Origin: Promethearchaeota archaeon Loki_b32
GTDB lineage: Archaea > Asgardarchaeota > Lokiarchaeia > Sigyniarchaeales > SOKP01
DNA: 52,258 nucleotides
Direction of reading: 5' to 3'
Assembly: GCA_005223125.1 (NCBI GenBank)
Contig: NJBH01000029.1
Location: forward strand, 1 to 52,258
How positions within the stretch are numbered: position 1 is the stretch's first letter; every line of letters starts with the position of its first letter. The position numbers and the translations under genes are program-made. Under the pieces are notes generated by a model. It was not told the DNA's origin and searched no databases. It saw nothing but the letters and a program-made list of their open reading frames with translations. Of the stretch, positions 49,830 to 52,258 are shown piece by piece.

Positions 49830-50837
49830 CTATTTAGCAACAGTTATTACTACATGTCCCTTTTTTTGTCCTGTTTCAACATATCTGTGGGCCTCGGCAG
49901 TCTGTTCCAGCGGATAGCGTCTATCTATGACCGATTTTATTTTTCCTGCCTCAATAAGCTCTTTGAGGAAGAGTAAATCTTCAGTCTTTGGGTATGTTGC
50001 CCCGGATATCACTTTCTTGCTGCTTTTCTTTGAAATCTTTCGCCCTCGAATAATTGATGACAGCCCAGGGTTAGCTATAAGATAGCATCCGTTTTCCTTT
50101 AGCGAACTTATACTACCTGAAAACGAACTCTTGCTTACCACGTCAAGAATAAAATCATAGGTCTCACCGCTTTTGGTGAAATCTTCTTGAGTGTAATCAA
50201 TGACCTGGTCTGCACCAATGGAGCGCAGCATATCCAATTTCCTTGTGCTCTCCACGTCAGTCACTTCACCCCCAAAGTACTTGGCAAGTTGTACCGCAAA
50301 AGTACCTATAGTTCCACCCGCACCATTAATCAGAACCTTTTGTCCGCTCTGGATATTTCCTTTTCTAAGAAAATGCAATGCTTCAAGTCCCCCAACAGGA
50401 ACGGCGGCGGCTTCCTCATAGGTCATATTGGCCGGTTTTATTGCCACCTGACTATTGTCCGACTTATCTCCTTCTTTAGGTTCTTCAGGCAGACATATGT
50501 ACTCCGCACAAGCACCCATACCAACAAAACCGGTAGCTGCAAAAACTTGGTCACCTTCCTTAAATAGTTTTACATCTTTACCTACTGATTCAATTTCCCC
50601 AGATAACTCCATCCCTAGTATAGTTATTCTCTTTGGTTTTCTGAGACTAATATATAGCCGCATGAGGAGCCGGTACAAGATTGACAATTTGAGACCTCGC
50701 TGTTCACAGTCCCCTGCTGTTACTGTTGTCGCATATACTTTTACCAGTATTTCATTGTCCTTGGGAGTAGGTTTTTCTACCTCTTTGAGTTGAAGAACAT
50801 CCGGTGGTCCGTATTTTGTCCATACAATCGCTTTCAT
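49830..50837 (-). CDS. MDR-family NAD(P)-dependent oxidoreductase (quinone reductase-like)
   Basis: [40 protein letters not shown]. Confidence 0.92.
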   Translation of the reverse strand: MKAIVWTKYGPPDVLQLKEVEKPTPKDNEILVKVYATTVTAGDCEQRGLKLSILYRLLMRLYISLRKPKRITILGMELSGEIESVGKDVKLFKEGDQVFAATGFVGMGACAEYICLPEEPKEGDKSDNSQVAIKPANMTYEEAAAVPVGGLEALHFLRKGNIQSGQKVLINGAGGTIGTFAVQLAKYFGGEVTDVESTRKLDMLRSIGADQVIDYTQEDFTKSGETYDFILDVVSKSSFSGSISSLKENGCYLIANPGLSSIIRGRKISKKSSKKVISGATYPKTEDLLFLKELIEAGKIKSVIDRRYPLEQTAEAHRYVETGQKKGHVVITVAK

Positions 50838-50845
50838 AAGGATCC

Positions 50846-51760
50846 CTATAGGGTTATTACAACATTTCCCTTTTTGTGTCCCTTATCGACATATTTGTGA
50901 GCCTCAACAATTTCTTCCAACGGATAGCGTCTATCTATGGCCGATTTAAGCTTTCCCGCTTCAATAACTTCTTTGAGAAAGAGGAGATCTTCAACTTTTA
51001 AAGCTTTTCCATTACCCGAATCTTTATTAACATTAAGATAGATTCCTCCCTTATTTAGAGCCTTTTTAGCTTTTGAAGACGGAAACTTGGATACTGCATC
51101 AAAAATAACGTCGTAGGTATCACCACTTGCGGTAAAATCCTCTTTTGTGTAATCAATTACCTTATCAGCTCCCAGAGATTTCACCATTTCTAAATTAGTG
51201 GTACTACAAACCCCGATAACCTCTGCCCCAAAGTGCTTGGCAAGCTGGACTGAAAATGTACCTACACTTCCAGAAGCTCCATAGATAAGGACTTTTTGTC
51301 CGCTCTGGATATTTGCCTGTCTAAGCGTAATTAACGCGGTTATTCCCCCTCCAGTAACAGGGGCAGCTTCTTCAAAGGTCATATTGGTAGGTTTTTTTGC
51401 TATCACATATTTACTCGGCAGACATACGTACTCGGCATAAGCACCAAACTTGAATCCGGTAGATGCAAAAATTTGGTCACCTTCACTAAATATTTTAACA
51501 TCTTTGCCTACCGATTCAATTTCCCCGGCTAGATCCATCCCTAGTATGTTTTTTCTTGGTCTTCTGAAACCAAATCCTAATCGCATGAGGAATCTTAACA
51601 AGAAAGAAAATTTGAGACCTCGAAGTTCACAGTCCCCTGCTGTTACGGTTGTCGCATGTATTCTTATCAGTACTTCATTGTCCTTGGGAATAGGTTTATC
51701 TACTTCTTTGAGTTTAAGAACATCCGGAGGCCCGTATTTTGTGCATACAATTGCTTTCAT
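50846..51760 (-). CDS. MDR-family NAD(P)-dependent oxidoreductase (tandem paralog)
   Basis: Same motifs ([11 protein letters not shown]); GGAGG RBS upstream. Confidence 0.92.
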   Translation of the reverse strand: MKAIVCTKYGPPDVLKLKEVDKPIPKDNEVLIRIHATTVTAGDCELRGLKFSFLLRFLMRLGFGFRRPRKNILGMDLAGEIESVGKDVKIFSEGDQIFASTGFKFGAYAEYVCLPSKYVIAKKPTNMTFEEAAPVTGGGITALITLRQANIQSGQKVLIYGASGSVGTFSVQLAKHFGAEVIGVCSTTNLEMVKSLGADKVIDYTKEDFTASGDTYDVIFDAVSKFPSSKAKKALNKGGIYLNVNKDSGNGKALKVEDLLFLKEVIEAGKLKSAIDRRYPLEEIVEAHKYVDKGHKKGNVVITL

Positions 51761-51855
51761 GAGTATTCCTCCAAGATTACTTTGATTCGGTTATTTTCAA
51801 TATAGTTCACTACAATCTATCCTATAAGTTTGCAAAACCTAACTCTAATTAGGCA

Positions 51856-51907
51856 GCATTCTATATAATCCTTATTAGAATGCATTCTATATATTCCTTA
51901 TTAGAAT
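51856..51907. repeat. Tandem 26-bp direct repeat with internal dyad symmetry
   Basis: GCATTCTATATAATCCTTATTAGAAT then GCATTCTATATATTCCTTATTAGAAT (1 mismatch); each unit is ATTCTA...TAGAAT. Confidence 0.85.
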
Positions 51908-52013
51908 TATTGAACGATTGGAATATTCACGAAGACGACCTCGTTTTGAGACTGTTAAAGAAGCTTTTGCAAGAAATTTTAACATAGTTTCTTTTAATCT
52001 GAATAGATTTATT

Positions 52014-52256
52014 TTAAATCATTCTAGCTAACTCTTTAACCCATTTACGAATCTCATCCCAATTTCTTGAATCGTAAACTCCGGGTTCTGTTTCCTTAAT
52101 TCCTGCTGGGATGAAATTTTCTCTTTCTGCGTCTAAGAATTTTCTATAAATTTTACCCATCTGATTATAATCCCAGATACCTCCAAACATGGTCATCGAG
52201 ATTGGATTCAAATCATATTTAGAAGCTTTATCTTCAAGATATTTTTTAGTAATTCT
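52014..52256 (-). CDS. Flavodoxin-domain (HemG-like) protein, partial 3' end
   Basis: Open to the window edge; FGG.WDY and DSRNWDEIRKW motifs. Confidence 0.7.
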   Translation of the reverse strand, partial: RITKKYLEDKASKYDLNPISMTMFGGIWDYNQMGKIYRKFLDAERENFIPAGIKETEPGVYDSRNWDEIRKWVKELARMI

Positions 52257-52258
52257 AA

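Noticed and set aside
1409-51785. About 30 short ORFs antisense to or overlapping long genes (e.g. 1409-1615, 4253-4636, 14939-15322, 17460-17867, 32077-32511, 50187-50567)
   Set aside because: They lie opposite well-supported genes and have no recognisable motifs; treated as shadow ORFs.
51856-51907. CRISPR array
   Set aside because: Only two adjacent units, no spacers and no cas genes.
1-52258. Selenocysteine (UGA) readthrough
   Set aside because: The TGA-terminated genes I checked end at family-typical lengths, with no evident homologous continuation.
1-52258. tRNA or rRNA genes
   Set aside because: Intergenic regions are short and AT-rich, with no GC-rich cloverleaf or rRNA-like segment visible.

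Overview
An AT-rich, gene-dense archaeal contig, most likely Lokiarchaeia (Asgard). The assignment rests on a Loki-CTERM (IPGY-TM-KKK) sorting signal, a Loki-type Cys-rich C-terminal remnant, (A)GGTG(A) ribosome-binding sites and two tungsten-type aldehyde:ferredoxin oxidoreductases. The first ~22 kb is a mosaic of metabolic genes (SDRs, methyltransferases, a DUF885 peptidase, HypB, an Fe-ADH/AOR pair, a corrinoid/MtaA pair) plus an unexplained 526-aa coiled-coil protein. From ~22.5 to 48.5 kb lies an amino-acid fermentation supercluster. It holds a near-complete lysine fermentation pathway in bacterial-like order (kat-kce-kdd-kamA-kamB-kamD-kamE; no kal or kamC in the window), a DMT-like membrane protein fused to an Lrp/AsnC (RAM) domain with a coupled stand-alone RAM gene, rocD, arcC, a Giardia-type ornithine carbamoyltransferase, a D-aminoacylase, a two-subunit proline/sarcosine-type dehydrogenase and a second AOR. 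The last ~3.5 kb looks like a recombination hotspot: two intact and one truncated GC-richer MDR oxidoreductase genes (the truncated copy ends in an attC-like half site), and a ParE-type TA module flanked by two diverged 3'-end fragments of an acetoacetate-CoA ligase gene. Three TA modules and one orphan antitoxin are present. I saw no rRNA, tRNA, CRISPR array, transposase or integrase. All family calls come from recognising motifs by eye; no searches were run.
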